Assembly (NCBI GenBank): GCA_963666985.2
Contig: CAXXIA010000002.1
Location: 2,112,001-2,176,000, forward strand
Direction of reading: 5' to 3'
From: Spirochaetia bacterium
GTDB lineage: Bacteria; Spirochaetota; Spirochaetia; DSM-2461
Length of the DNA: 64,000 bases
Positions 37,414 to 46,960 of the stretch are shown in pieces. Position 1 is the first letter of the stretch, and every line of letters starts with the position of its first letter. The notes beneath the pieces are model-generated. The model was given only the letters and a program-made list of their open reading frames with translations. It was not told the origin of the DNA and did no database searches. A program made the translations under genes and the position numbers.

Positions 37414-39771
37414 TTACAGGCTGATGAGGAGTGTTTCGCCGGATGGTGTTATCAGGATTTCTCCTTCGACGGTTTCCGCGCGTCCGCCTTCCACGTTTTG
37501 AACTTTGGGAATGTTCTTTAAAAGGATCCGGCCGGTTCCCAGGGATTTGGAAAGTTCGATTCGTATTAAGGACTTATTCTTTTCGGCCCGGGCGGTAAAA
37601 ACGATGTTCCCTTGTGTATCCGGGATTTCACAGACGGCCGTACAGCCTTCTTCAAGCTGATACAAGGCCAGTGTGACTCCTTGAAGATAGTCGTAATCGG
37701 GGCGTGAGTAATCCGATCCGAAGGCGATGAAGGAATTCTCGCGGATATGGAGAGGCAGTGAGAAATAATCATAATCCTCTTTGTACCAGCGGCCGCCTTC
37801 CCGAACTTCGCCTGTGAAATATTCGGTCCATTTCCCTTCCGGCAGATAGAAGTCGACGCGGCCTTCTTCGCTGAATACCGGTGCGACCAGCAGGCTGTCG
37901 CCGAACATGTACTGCATATCCAGATACGCCGCGGCAGGGTCGTTATGGTAATCGATCACCATGGCCCTCATTACCGGGAGTCCTTCGGCGGCGGCTTTGA
38001 CGGCCATCCGGTAGATATAGGGCATGAGACGGTTTTTTATACGGATGAAATGGCGCAGAACATCGCTGGATTCTTCGTCGAAGATCCAGGGAACCCGGTA
38101 GCTTGTTGAACCGTGCAGACGGCTGTGCGTTGAGAAGATTCCGAAAGCCGTCCATCTTTTGTATAGATCCGGTGAAGGCTGTTCTTCGAAACCGGCGATG
38201 TCGTGGCTCCAGAACGCGAATCCGGATGCCGACAGAGACAAGCCTCCCCGCAGGGTTTCGGCCATGGACGCATAGGAGGCCGAGCTGTCGCCGCCCCAGT
38301 GCAGAGGATATTTCTGCGATCCGGCCGTGGCGCTTCGGGCGAAGAGCACCGCTTCGCCTTTGCCTCTTTTTCGTTCCAAAAGTTCAAAAACACATTTCCC
38401 GTAGAGATAGGGATAGTAGTTGTGCATCGACTGCGGATCGGCGCCATTGTTGTAAACGACATCCACGGGGATTCGTTCACCGAAATCCGTTTTGAATGCG
38501 TCAACGCCCATATCCAGGAGTGTTTCCAGTTTGTCGGAAAACCATTTGCAGGCGTCGGGATTCGTAAAATCAACCAAGGCCATTCCGGGCTGCCACCAGT
38601 CGATCTGCTTGACTCCTTTTCCGTCGGCCCGCCGAAGGAAATATCCGTTCTTTACGCCTTCTTCAAAAAAGTCGGTTCCCTGCGCGACATAAGGGTTGGT
38701 CCAAACGGAGATTTTCAGGCCTTTCTGTTTCTGGCGTTTCAGCATTGCCGCGACGTCGGGGAACACTCTGTCGTCCCATTCGAAATCACTCCAATGAAGT
38801 TCTTTCATCCAGAAGCAGTCGTAATGGAAAACGCTTAAGGGAATATCCCGTTTGGCCATTCCGTCTATAAAGGACGTTGTTGTTTTTTCATCGTAGTTCG
38901 TCGTGAATGAAGTGGAAAGCCATAATCCGAACGACCAGGCCGGAAGCAGAGCCGCGCGTCCGGTTAAGGCGGTATAGGATTTCAGGATTTCTTTGGGAGA
39001 TGGTCCGTATATGAAGTCGTATCTTAAGACTTCTCCGGGAACGGAAAAGCCGACGTATTCCACTTTTTCACTGGCGACTTCAAACGAAACGTTATCGGTA
39101 TGATCGACCAGGATTCCGTATCCTTTGTTCGTGAAGTAAAAGGGTATGCTTTTGTAGGCGATTTGCGATGAGGTGCCGCCGTCTTCGTTCCAGGTTTCAA
39201 CGACCTGACCGTTTTTTACGAACGAGGTGAATCGTTCGCCGAATCCGTAGACGCATTCGCCGGGCTTCAGTGAAAGCTCACTAACCATGCGGGGCCGGCA
39301 GTTCTCGCTCAGGTAATTCGGTCCCGGAAGCATGGATGAGAGTTCTTTTTCGTACCGCATGTATCCGAGGTTTCGAAACCCGCAGGAGGTAATTACTTTT
39401 CCGCCGGATTCAAAACTGTAGCCCCAGGTTTTTCGATTTACGCGAACCAGAATGTCTCCGGTTTTCATAACGGCTTCGTCTTCGGAGATTTGAACATCCG
39501 CTTCTTGGGGATTGAGATTTTTCTCAAAGCGGGCTTCCTTGCGGTTATAGGCTTCATAATGCCGGGTTCTTACGGAAATCACGTTTTTCGCGGGCGATGT
39601 GAATTCCAGCGTCAGCGTGGAAATATTCATGGTATCCGCGCGGGTTCCGATCTTTTTCTCGGGGGCGACCACCCTCATTCCGCCCGGAATGGGCCGGATG
39701 TCGTAAGCGTCCATGGCGAAAGCGGCATTGGCCCGCTCACTGCGAAGCCAGTAACCTTCAGTGAACTTCAT
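37414..39771 (-). CDS. yicI: Alpha-xylosidase, GH31
   Basis: MKFTEGYW, SFGLWLSTSFTTNYDE, FKTDFGERIP, WSHDIAGF, HSRLHGS. Confidence 0.93.
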   Translation of the reverse strand: MKFTEGYWLRSERANAAFAMDAYDIRPIPGGMRVVAPEKKIGTRADTMNISTLTLEFTSPAKNVISVRTRHYEAYNRKEARFEKNLNPQEADVQISEDEAVMKTGDILVRVNRKTWGYSFESGGKVITSCGFRNLGYMRYEKELSSMLPGPNYLSENCRPRMVSELSLKPGECVYGFGERFTSFVKNGQVVETWNEDGGTSSQIAYKSIPFYFTNKGYGILVDHTDNVSFEVASEKVEYVGFSVPGEVLRYDFIYGPSPKEILKSYTALTGRAALLPAWSFGLWLSTSFTTNYDEKTTTSFIDGMAKRDIPLSVFHYDCFWMKELHWSDFEWDDRVFPDVAAMLKRQKQKGLKISVWTNPYVAQGTDFFEEGVKNGYFLRRADGKGVKQIDWWQPGMALVDFTNPDACKWFSDKLETLLDMGVDAFKTDFGERIPVDVVYNNGADPQSMHNYYPYLYGKCVFELLERKRGKGEAVLFARSATAGSQKYPLHWGGDSSASYASMAETLRGGLSLSASGFAFWSHDIAGFEEQPSPDLYKRWTAFGIFSTHSRLHGSTSYRVPWIFDEESSDVLRHFIRIKNRLMPYIYRMAVKAAAEGLPVMRAMVIDYHNDPAAAYLDMQYMFGDSLLVAPVFSEEGRVDFYLPEGKWTEYFTGEVREGGRWYKEDYDYFSLPLHIRENSFIAFGSDYSRPDYDYLQGVTLALYQLEEGCTAVCEIPDTQGNIVFTARAEKNKSLIRIELSKSLGTGRILLKNIPKVQNVEGGRAETVEGEILITPSGETLLISL

Positions 39772-39854
39772 TTATTTTATTCCTTTGCTGGTAACATTTA
39801 AGGAAGCGGGTGGAAACCCGCTTCCGCATTTTTCTTAACGATTCCGGTGATGAA

Positions 39855-41108
39855 TCAGTTCTTGCCTTCCAGTTCAATCCATTTGGATTCAATCTCGGCA
39901 ATAACAGAATCCTTGTCCGCGGCTCCGGCGACGTAGGACTGCATCAGTTCTCCGAAGGCTTGATGGAAGCTGTCGGTTGAATAGGCGACTCCCAGAGTTC
40001 CGGCGCCTTCGGCGGCCACATGGGCATTCCCCTGCTTGATTACTTCAAAGTCGGGAGCGGGCGCGCCTTTTACGGGAGGTATAACACCGGCGACATTGGA
40101 GAACCAGGCCTTTCCGTAATCGGAGGTGTACCACCAATTGACGAAATCCAGAACGGCGGGGAGAACATCCGAATCTTTATAAACCCGCAGAGCCTGATCG
40201 GAACCGGCGATAACCTTTGTGAGCGAGGCGTTTTCATTAACGGGGTAGCCGTCGAATCCGATGGCAATATTCGGATTGATTTTCAGAACATCGGCCTCAA
40301 TCCAGGCGCCTTGTCCGGTAACCATGGCGGTTTTGCCGGAAGCCAGCGCGGCGATTTCCGTGCTGATGGTTGATTCCAAAGGTTTGTTGTCGCCGTATTT
40401 CTTCACCAAGTCGATGAAGCGGAAGAAATCGTTGTACAGGGCGGGGTAGTCGGAGAAGTGGGCTTTCCCGGCGATAAAGTCGGCAACCATGCCTTCGACA
40501 TCATCCGGCTGAGCCGCATACATGAAATGCTGGAAGATGTGCTTGTAAACCCACCATTCGGCAAAACCGCTTGAGAACGGCGTGTATCCGGCCGCGGCGA
40601 TTTTTTTACAGGCGTTTTCCAAGGCGGAGAAGGTTTGGGGGAATTCGGTTATGCCGACTTCCTTGAAGATGTCTTTGTTGTAAACGATTCCGAAGAAGTT
40701 GCCTTTGATGGCGAATCCGTGCACTTCGCTGCCGCTTTTCATCATGGCTTTGACCGGATCGTCCATCGCCGAGGTGATCGGCTGACCGGAGAGATCCTTC
40801 GAATAGTCCAGATAAACGGCAATTTCTTTTCCCGAAGTCGTTGAAAAGATGTCCGGAGCTTCACCGGAGTTCAGCTTGGCTTTCAGCAGAGTCGGGTAGT
40901 CGTTCTGGGTTGTTTCATAGTTGATGGTAACATCCGGCGCGACTTTTTTGTATTCGGCGATCAGCTGATTGATGGCGTCGGCGTATTCCGGCTGGGAAAT
41001 AAACATGTAGATTTCCGTGCCGGAGGAACTTCCGTCCGCGCCGCCGCCGGCGAAGGCCGTCATGACCGAAGCCATGATGAGGAATACGAATAAACCGTAC
41101 TTTTTCAT
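39855..41108 (-). CDS. Carbohydrate ABC transporter substrate-binding protein
   Basis: Signal peptide ...AFAGG, YNKDIF; RBS AGGAG before ATG 41108. Confidence 0.92.
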   Translation of the reverse strand: MKKYGLFVFLIMASVMTAFAGGGADGSSSGTEIYMFISQPEYADAINQLIAEYKKVAPDVTINYETTQNDYPTLLKAKLNSGEAPDIFSTTSGKEIAVYLDYSKDLSGQPITSAMDDPVKAMMKSGSEVHGFAIKGNFFGIVYNKDIFKEVGITEFPQTFSALENACKKIAAAGYTPFSSGFAEWWVYKHIFQHFMYAAQPDDVEGMVADFIAGKAHFSDYPALYNDFFRFIDLVKKYGDNKPLESTISTEIAALASGKTAMVTGQGAWIEADVLKINPNIAIGFDGYPVNENASLTKVIAGSDQALRVYKDSDVLPAVLDFVNWWYTSDYGKAWFSNVAGVIPPVKGAPAPDFEVIKQGNAHVAAEGAGTLGVAYSTDSFHQAFGELMQSYVAGAADKDSVIAEIESKWIELEGKN

Positions 41109-41172
41109 TAAGACACTCCTTGTTTGTTCTATTTCTTCCGGCTCCCGCCGGTTTTTCACACGGTATGGAACG

Positions 41173-42012
41173 CTAGCCTTTCACCGCTCCGGCGACGGCC
41201 CCTTCCACGATGTAGCGCTGAAGCAGGATGAACACGATGATGGAGGGCAGAACCACCAAAACCATGGCCGTCATGGCATAGTGCCATTGGGTATTGAACT
41301 GACCCACGAAGGTGTACGCGGATAACACCAGTGTTTTTGTAATCGGGCGGCTGTTCACCATCAGAAGAGGCAGAAGGAAATCGTTCCAAATCCACATTAC
41401 ATCCAGAACCACCACCGTGGTGGTAACGGTTTTCAGCATGGGAAAAATCACGCCGGTAAATGTTCTCATCGTCGACGCGCCGTCGATCCGGGCGCTTTCG
41501 TCGATTTCCTTCGGGATGGTTTTCATGAAGTTGAAGAAAATGAACGTGGCCATGGGAATCCCGAAACCCCAGTACTGGATTCCCAGTCCCCACGTGGATC
41601 CCGAAAGATGAACGACATTCATGACTTTGAGCAGCGTTATCATGAAGGTTTGGAAGGGAATCAGCATGGGGATGATAATCAGCGAGTAAGCGAACCTGGT
41701 GTAGCGCGTGTTCCTTCGATCCAGCATGTAGGCTCCGAGAGAAGAGAGGAACACAATTCCGATGAGTCCGATGACGGTTATAACGATGTTGTTGAAGAAC
41801 AGCCGCGGATAATTCATTTTCTCAATCACATCCGCGTAGTTTTGAAAGGAAGGTTCTCGGGGCAGTGCGATAACGTCCGATACGACTTCTCCGAACGGCT
41901 TCAGGGAATTCATGAACATCAGGAATACCGGATAAATGTAAACCGCCGCGATAAGAATCAGAATGATTTCAAAGACGATGATACCGATTTTTCTTTTCGC
42001 CGCTCTTGTCAT
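41173..42012 (-). CDS. Carbohydrate ABC permease (MalG-like)
   Basis: EIDESARIDGAS, WNDFLLP. Confidence 0.95.
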   Translation of the reverse strand: MTRAAKRKIGIIVFEIILILIAAVYIYPVFLMFMNSLKPFGEVVSDVIALPREPSFQNYADVIEKMNYPRLFFNNIVITVIGLIGIVFLSSLGAYMLDRRNTRYTRFAYSLIIIPMLIPFQTFMITLLKVMNVVHLSGSTWGLGIQYWGFGIPMATFIFFNFMKTIPKEIDESARIDGASTMRTFTGVIFPMLKTVTTTVVVLDVMWIWNDFLLPLLMVNSRPITKTLVLSAYTFVGQFNTQWHYAMTAMVLVVLPSIIVFILLQRYIVEGAVAGAVKG

Positions 42013-42893
42013 CAGATTTCCACATCCCGTTTTTTAAAGGCCTTTAAGACAATCTGCGTCAAAAGGAGAATAATGACGAAGAACACGAGGGACTTGGCGG
42101 CTCCGAGCCCGTAATTGTTGTTCTGGAACGCTTCTCGGTAGATGTCCAGAGTAACGCTGTAGGTAACGCCCGCCGGGCCGCCTTTGGTGAGGGCCAGAAT
42201 GATGTCGAAGACCTTCAGGGAATTGATCATCGACATCAGTACGCAGGTTGTCAGTGAAGGGATGAGCATCGGCAGGGTGATGCTGAAGAAGCTCCGTAGC
42301 GGTCCCGCTCCGTCCACGACCGCCGCTTCAAGGATATCCGAGGGAATGGACTGCAGGCCGGCGATGTAGAGAACGATATAGAATCCGATGGACTGCCATA
42401 CTCCGACGAAAACCACCGAATAAAAAACCAGATGAATATCGCCCAGCCAGCTCAGATTCAGAAATCCCATTCCCGTAATGGCGAAGAGGTCTTCAAAGCC
42501 CTGGGAAAAAACGAACTGCCAGATAAAACCGACAATGGTCATGCTCATGATGTACGGTATGAAGAATACGGCCCGGAGGATATTGACCGATTTGAGTTTC
42601 TTTACCAAAGCGACGGCCAGAATCAGGGCGAAGATATTCACCAGAATCATGCTTAAGGCCGTGTATTTCCCCGTAAAAATCAGGGCTTTCATGAACGAAC
42701 TGCCGCCGGTGAAGATCTGTTTGAAATTTGAGAACCCAATGAATTCGGGAGTTTTGGCGATGCCGTTCCATTCGGTGAGTGAGTAATAGCCGCTGAGTAC
42801 GAACGGAATATAGATGGTCAGCACCACCATGATGATCGACGGTAGCGTATACAGAACGGTTTCTCTTTTGTATCCGCCGCTTATTTCAGACAT
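42012..42893 (-). CDS. Carbohydrate ABC permease (MalF-like)
   Basis: AGLQSIP..ILEAAVVDGA, TKGGP. Confidence 0.95.
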   Translation of the reverse strand: MSEISGGYKRETVLYTLPSIIMVVLTIYIPFVLSGYYSLTEWNGIAKTPEFIGFSNFKQIFTGGSSFMKALIFTGKYTALSMILVNIFALILAVALVKKLKSVNILRAVFFIPYIMSMTIVGFIWQFVFSQGFEDLFAITGMGFLNLSWLGDIHLVFYSVVFVGVWQSIGFYIVLYIAGLQSIPSDILEAAVVDGAGPLRSFFSITLPMLIPSLTTCVLMSMINSLKVFDIILALTKGGPAGVTYSVTLDIYREAFQNNNYGLGAAKSLVFFVIILLLTQIVLKAFKKRDVEI

Positions 42894-42916
42894 GGAGTAT
42901 TCGAGCCCTCCCGAGA

Positions 42917-42950
42917 ATGATATACGTACATCATGATGTACGTATATCAT
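42917..42950. promoter_or_regulatory. 34-bp perfect palindrome, probable double LacI operator
   Basis: ATGATATACGTACATCATGATGTACGTATATCAT between a minus-strand TTGACA (42964-42969) and the permease RBS. Confidence 0.7.
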
Positions 42951-43181
42951 ATGGCATATGAGGTGTCAAGAAAAGATCTCCGATGGCGGCAATTCCAATT
43001 TTGAATGAATTCATGCCCGAAGCCCTCCGGCAACGCCCGAAAAGGGTGCAAAAGAGCATTCCGGGCTGTTTTTGGCGGAACATAGCGCCTGTTCAGGCCG
43101 CCCCAAAGCCAAAATCGGAATTGCCGCTCCGATGTTTAAAAACGTGGATAATGCGGGAGAATCTTATATACTGCATGGGTT

Positions 43182-44267
43182 GTGCGGATTACCCAGAAAG
43201 ACATAGCCAGAGATCTCGGATTATCACTGATAACGGTCAGCAGGGCGTTAAACGGATCGGAAAATGTTTCCGAGAAAACCAAAAAAAGAATTCAGGAATA
43301 CGTTAACGATCACAACTATGTTCCGCATAAGGCGTCTCAGGTTCTGGTACGAAACCGCATTCGTCATCTTTCGCTGTTTTCCTCCACGCTGCCGTATTAC
43401 TTCTGGAAGGACATTCGCAAGGGCATCGGCATGGCCGCCGATCAGCTGATTCCGCTGGATTTCCGCGTTAATTACAATCTGATTCCGGATGCGGATACCA
43501 TTGCCTACCTTGAAGTGCTTCGCCAGGAAATAGACCAGGGGGCCGATGCGATAGCGCTTGTCAATCAGCCGATTTACGACATGGATGCCGTCTTCGGCTG
43601 CGTTCGCGATGCCGGAGTGCCCTATATCACCTTTAATGTGGACGCTCCGAATTCCGGAAGACTCTGTTATGTCGGAACGAATTACTATTCCGGAGGAAGA
43701 CTCGCTGCGGAAATCATCGGCCGAACTCTTCGGTTTAAAAAAGAGAGTTCCGTTCTGATTATTACAACGGAAGAATCCAGAGGTACTTCCTCGGAAGAAA
43801 TGCTTCTGAATCTTGATCGCCTGGACGGGTTTATCGATGTGCTGCGAGCCAGGTTTCCTTCGATTCAACCGATAACCCGATGTGTTTCAACCACAATGAA
43901 GCCGCATCATGCCGATGAACACATGGAAAAACTGCTGGGAGAATTCAACACGACGGTGGATGCCGTGTACCTTATTCCCGCCGTAAACGCGATTTTTCTG
44001 GAAGCATTGGAAAAGTTCGGTTATCGGAACGCCGTTGTTATTGTTCACGATCTGGACGAATCGGCCGCGCATTATCTGGATTCCTGCTTACTGACGGCCG
44101 TTATTCACCAAAGCCCGGTTCTGCAGGGGTATTTCGCGGTGAAAACATTGGAGCGCATTGTTGAGATGGGAATCACCGAGCCGATGGATGATGTGAACAT
44201 CGTTCCGAGCGCCATTTTTACGGAGAATCAGGGCGCTTCAACGAACAATTTTTTGATGGATTGGTAA
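43182..44267 (+). CDS. LacI family regulator
   Basis: TQKDIARDLGLSLITVSRALNG HTH plus sugar-binding domain; divergent from the ABC operon. Confidence 0.93.
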   Translation: MRITQKDIARDLGLSLITVSRALNGSENVSEKTKKRIQEYVNDHNYVPHKASQVLVRNRIRHLSLFSSTLPYYFWKDIRKGIGMAADQLIPLDFRVNYNLIPDADTIAYLEVLRQEIDQGADAIALVNQPIYDMDAVFGCVRDAGVPYITFNVDAPNSGRLCYVGTNYYSGGRLAAEIIGRTLRFKKESSVLIITTEESRGTSSEEMLLNLDRLDGFIDVLRARFPSIQPITRCVSTTMKPHHADEHMEKLLGEFNTTVDAVYLIPAVNAIFLEALEKFGYRNAVVIVHDLDESAAHYLDSCLLTAVIHQSPVLQGYFAVKTLERIVEMGITEPMDDVNIVPSAIFTENQGASTNNFLMDW

Positions 44268-44337
44268 GTATTCCAGCGGGATTAAATCCTTAAAGCGAAG
44301 TTCTCGGCGGTTCCTTACGGTTTTTATCGTTTTAGGC

Positions 44338-44555
44338 ATGCGTCTTAAAGAATTAAGGCGCTTGAAGCACAGTTAAAGCGCTCTTAACGTACGATTTAAT
44401 CGCGGCGAATTTCATGGCCCTACCTCACAGCCTGCGGCTGTGAGGCGACCTTCGCCGGCTCGGAAATGTCCGAGCGGAATTGGCCGCTTCTCCCGCTCTC
44501 TTCAGTCGTACCTATGGTGCGTTCATCGTTCGGCCGTCGGCTATGCGGGTGGAGT
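44338..44555 (-). repeat. Interrupted duplicate of the gap 3' end and 3' UTR
   Basis: 44338-44419 matches 44639-44720 (74/82 by manual count); 44537-44555 matches 44724-44742 (18/19). Confidence 0.85.
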
Positions 44556-44577
44556 CCCTCCACCCTTGCTTCAACAC

Positions 44578-44609
44578 AAAAAAAGGCCCCGAGCCGAAAC
44601 TCGGGGCCT
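44578..44609 (-). terminator. Intrinsic terminator of gap
   Basis: AGGCCCCGAG-loop-CTCGGGGCCT followed by a T-run on the minus strand. Confidence 0.9.
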
Positions 44610-44695
44610 GAAATGCATGTTAAGGATTTAAGGCCTTAATGCGTCTTAAGGAATTAATGCGCTTGAAGCACTGTTAAAGCGCCCTTAACGCACGA

Positions 44696-45721
44696 TTAAA
44701 GAGCGGCGAATTTCATGGCCATCTCGGCCATGCGGGTGGAGTAACCCATTTCATTGTCGTAGAAACTGGTCATCTTCACCTGGGTGTAGGGACCGGCCTC
44801 AACAACCTGAGTATTGCCGGGGATGTACATGGAGCTCCAGTTCTCGCCGACGCAGTCGCGGGAGCATTCGTAGTAGTCGCTCACGTCCAGGATTTTGCCG
44901 GAGGGACTGGCCGCGTTGATCTTCTTGGCGTTCTCGGCCACGGCCTTGTTGATTTCATCCTTGGTGAACTTGCCGTCCAAAAGATACACAACCTCAACCG
45001 CCGAACCGGTGTCGGTGGGAACCCGAAGAGCGGTACCGTTGAGTTTGCCGTTCAGGTGAGGCAGAACCTTGCCGACGGCGATGGCGGCTCCGGTGGAGGC
45101 GGGGATGATGTTGTTCAGGGTGGCGCGGTTTTTGCCGCCGCCGAAGAAGTCCTGCACCCGCTGGGTGGAGGTGGCGGCGTGGGTGGTTACCATCAGACCG
45201 CTGATCACCTTGAAGCTGTCGTCCAGAGCCTTGGTAAGGGGCGCCAGGCAGTTGGTGGTGCAGCTGGCGTTGGAGATGATCTTCTCGCTGGAGAGGGTGT
45301 CGCAGTTCACGCCCATCACCACGGTTTTGGTGTCGTCCTTACAGGGGGCCGAAACGATGACCTTCTTGGCGCCGGCGTTGATGTGGGCCATAGCCTTCTC
45401 GGTGCTCAGGTAGAAGCCGGTGCATTCGAGAACAACGTCGACGTTGTGTTTGCCCCAGGGGATGTTGGCGGCATCTTTTTCGGCGTAAACGGTCACTTTG
45501 TGATCGCCGATCTGGATGGTTTTGTCGTCGATGAGCTTTACGGGTACGGGGAACTTGCCGTGGATGGAATCCTTGGGCAGACTGGCGGCGATCTCGGCGG
45601 CCGAAACGAGGTCGTTTCCGGCGACGATTTCAATCTTGTCGTTGTAAAGTGTGGTGATGACGCGCATGACGTTCTTGCCGATGCGTCCCATGCCGTTGAA
45701 GGCAACTCTAACTTTAGCCAT
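44696..45721 (-). CDS. gap: Type I glyceraldehyde-3-phosphate dehydrogenase (divergent)
   Basis: NGMGRIG, ECTG, SNASCTTNCLAP, NIIPASTGAA, RVPT, YDNE.GYS; strongly C-ending codons. Confidence 0.93.
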   Translation of the reverse strand: MAKVRVAFNGMGRIGKNVMRVITTLYNDKIEIVAGNDLVSAAEIAASLPKDSIHGKFPVPVKLIDDKTIQIGDHKVTVYAEKDAANIPWGKHNVDVVLECTGFYLSTEKAMAHINAGAKKVIVSAPCKDDTKTVVMGVNCDTLSSEKIISNASCTTNCLAPLTKALDDSFKVISGLMVTTHAATSTQRVQDFFGGGKNRATLNNIIPASTGAAIAVGKVLPHLNGKLNGTALRVPTDTGSAVEVVYLLDGKFTKDEINKAVAENAKKINAASPSGKILDVSDYYECSRDCVGENWSSMYIPGNTQVVEAGPYTQVKMTSFYDNEMGYSTRMAEMAMKFAAL

Positions 45722-45970
45722 GTAGAATCTCCTTGAAATTTTCTTTGTGGGTTTTTACCGCTTTAATTCTTGCGGATTCGGGAATGCTTTGTCCAATGTG
45801 AATGAATACTTCCCTTCCCGGAATATAAGGATTTTGGGCCGTCGGCTCAAGGTCTGGGGGTGAATTGGCGAAAAAATTACCGAATTTGGTTCTTGGTGAC
45901 CCCCGAAGCGGTCCGGAGTCCGCCGACAGAGGTTCGAATTACAGGTGTTCCCTATTCCGGCGGCAACCGG

Positions 45971-46213
45971 TCAGGCTTGGTATTCGCCGTTCTTCATTCG
46001 GTAGAGGAACACTTGATACGCATCGATCTGTCCTTCGATTTCGGCGTCTTTATGCGCGTTTCTGCCAAACCAGCCCAGCCCTTCGTACACTTTGAGTGAT
46101 TTAAATTCACCCTCGATTTCCGAGAGGGAAAACTCGGGAAGCTTCGAACGTCGTATTAGGCTTTTCAGAGTTCTTTCATAGACTTCGTGTGAATAATCTT
46201 CATATCCCTTCAT
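45971..46213 (-). CDS. Small hypothetical protein
   Basis: 80-aa ORF with natural composition in an otherwise intergenic gap. Confidence 0.6.
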   Translation of the reverse strand: MKGYEDYSHEVYERTLKSLIRRSKLPEFSLSEIEGEFKSLKVYEGLGWFGRNAHKDAEIEGQIDAYQVFLYRMKNGEYQA

Positions 46214-46471
46214 TGCATCCGGAGTGTAGGGGGCTTCCGCGATTCTGGAAAGAGGCGGCGTTCGGCGGCCGCCGGGAGCGAAACGGAGGCGGAAGGAACG
46301 GCGGTAAATGGAAATCCCGCGTATTTAGAAGCTCGTTACGGATCGTTTTCCATTACGGTGGAAATCGGTAAAACCGTTCGAGGCGTAAAGAATCTTCACG
46401 CCGTTTCCGCGTAAGAGACTTAAGATTTTTTTACGATGAGCCCTTAAGCCGAGTTCCTGTATACTGGCGTT

Positions 46472-46873
46472 ATGAGTAAAGAAACAAATCGGCACCGCGG
46501 CGATTCCCGGGAGGATCTTCTGAGGGAGCTGGAAGAATTTGAACGCGAAAGAGAACAGCTTAAGGACGTCTTGGGCAGAATCGGCGGCCGTAATTTTTCA
46601 AAACGGGATACGTGGGTTAATATCGCCTTTCTGATAATCATTCTGACGCTATTCGTTCTGGAACTGACTACGCACTTCATGCCCGTACGAATCTCCCTGG
46701 AGCTCGGTATCCTTCTGGTTTCGGTCAAAATTGTTTTCATGATTCATACCCAGCAGAAGGTGAACCACTTTCAGTTCTGGATTTTGAATTCCATCGAATA
46801 TCGGATCAATCAGATGGCGAAAAAAATAACGTCCGTGGAGCATCATCTGAAAAACGGGGGAGAGAAGTCCTGA
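46472..46873 (+). CDS. Hypothetical 2-TM coiled-coil membrane protein
   Basis: Charged coiled coil, two TMs, HFQFWILNSIEYR; TATACT 6 nt before the ATG. Confidence 0.8.
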   Translation: MSKETNRHRGDSREDLLRELEEFEREREQLKDVLGRIGGRNFSKRDTWVNIAFLIIILTLFVLELTTHFMPVRISLELGILLVSVKIVFMIHTQQKVNHFQFWILNSIEYRINQMAKKITSVEHHLKNGGEKS

Positions 46874-46960
46874 TTCGTTAATACGCGGGTTTTTGGGGCC
46901 GCCGTCTGTTCAGGAGACCTAAAAGCGGCCATCCTCGGATTCTTATCGAAGCGCCGCCCA

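Noticed and set aside
37414..42893. Sugar ABC operon lacking an ATPase gene
   Set aside because: Common; carbohydrate ABC importers often share an ATPase encoded elsewhere.
45056..45736. 226-aa ORF antisense to gap
   Set aside because: Expected artefact of strong codon bias.
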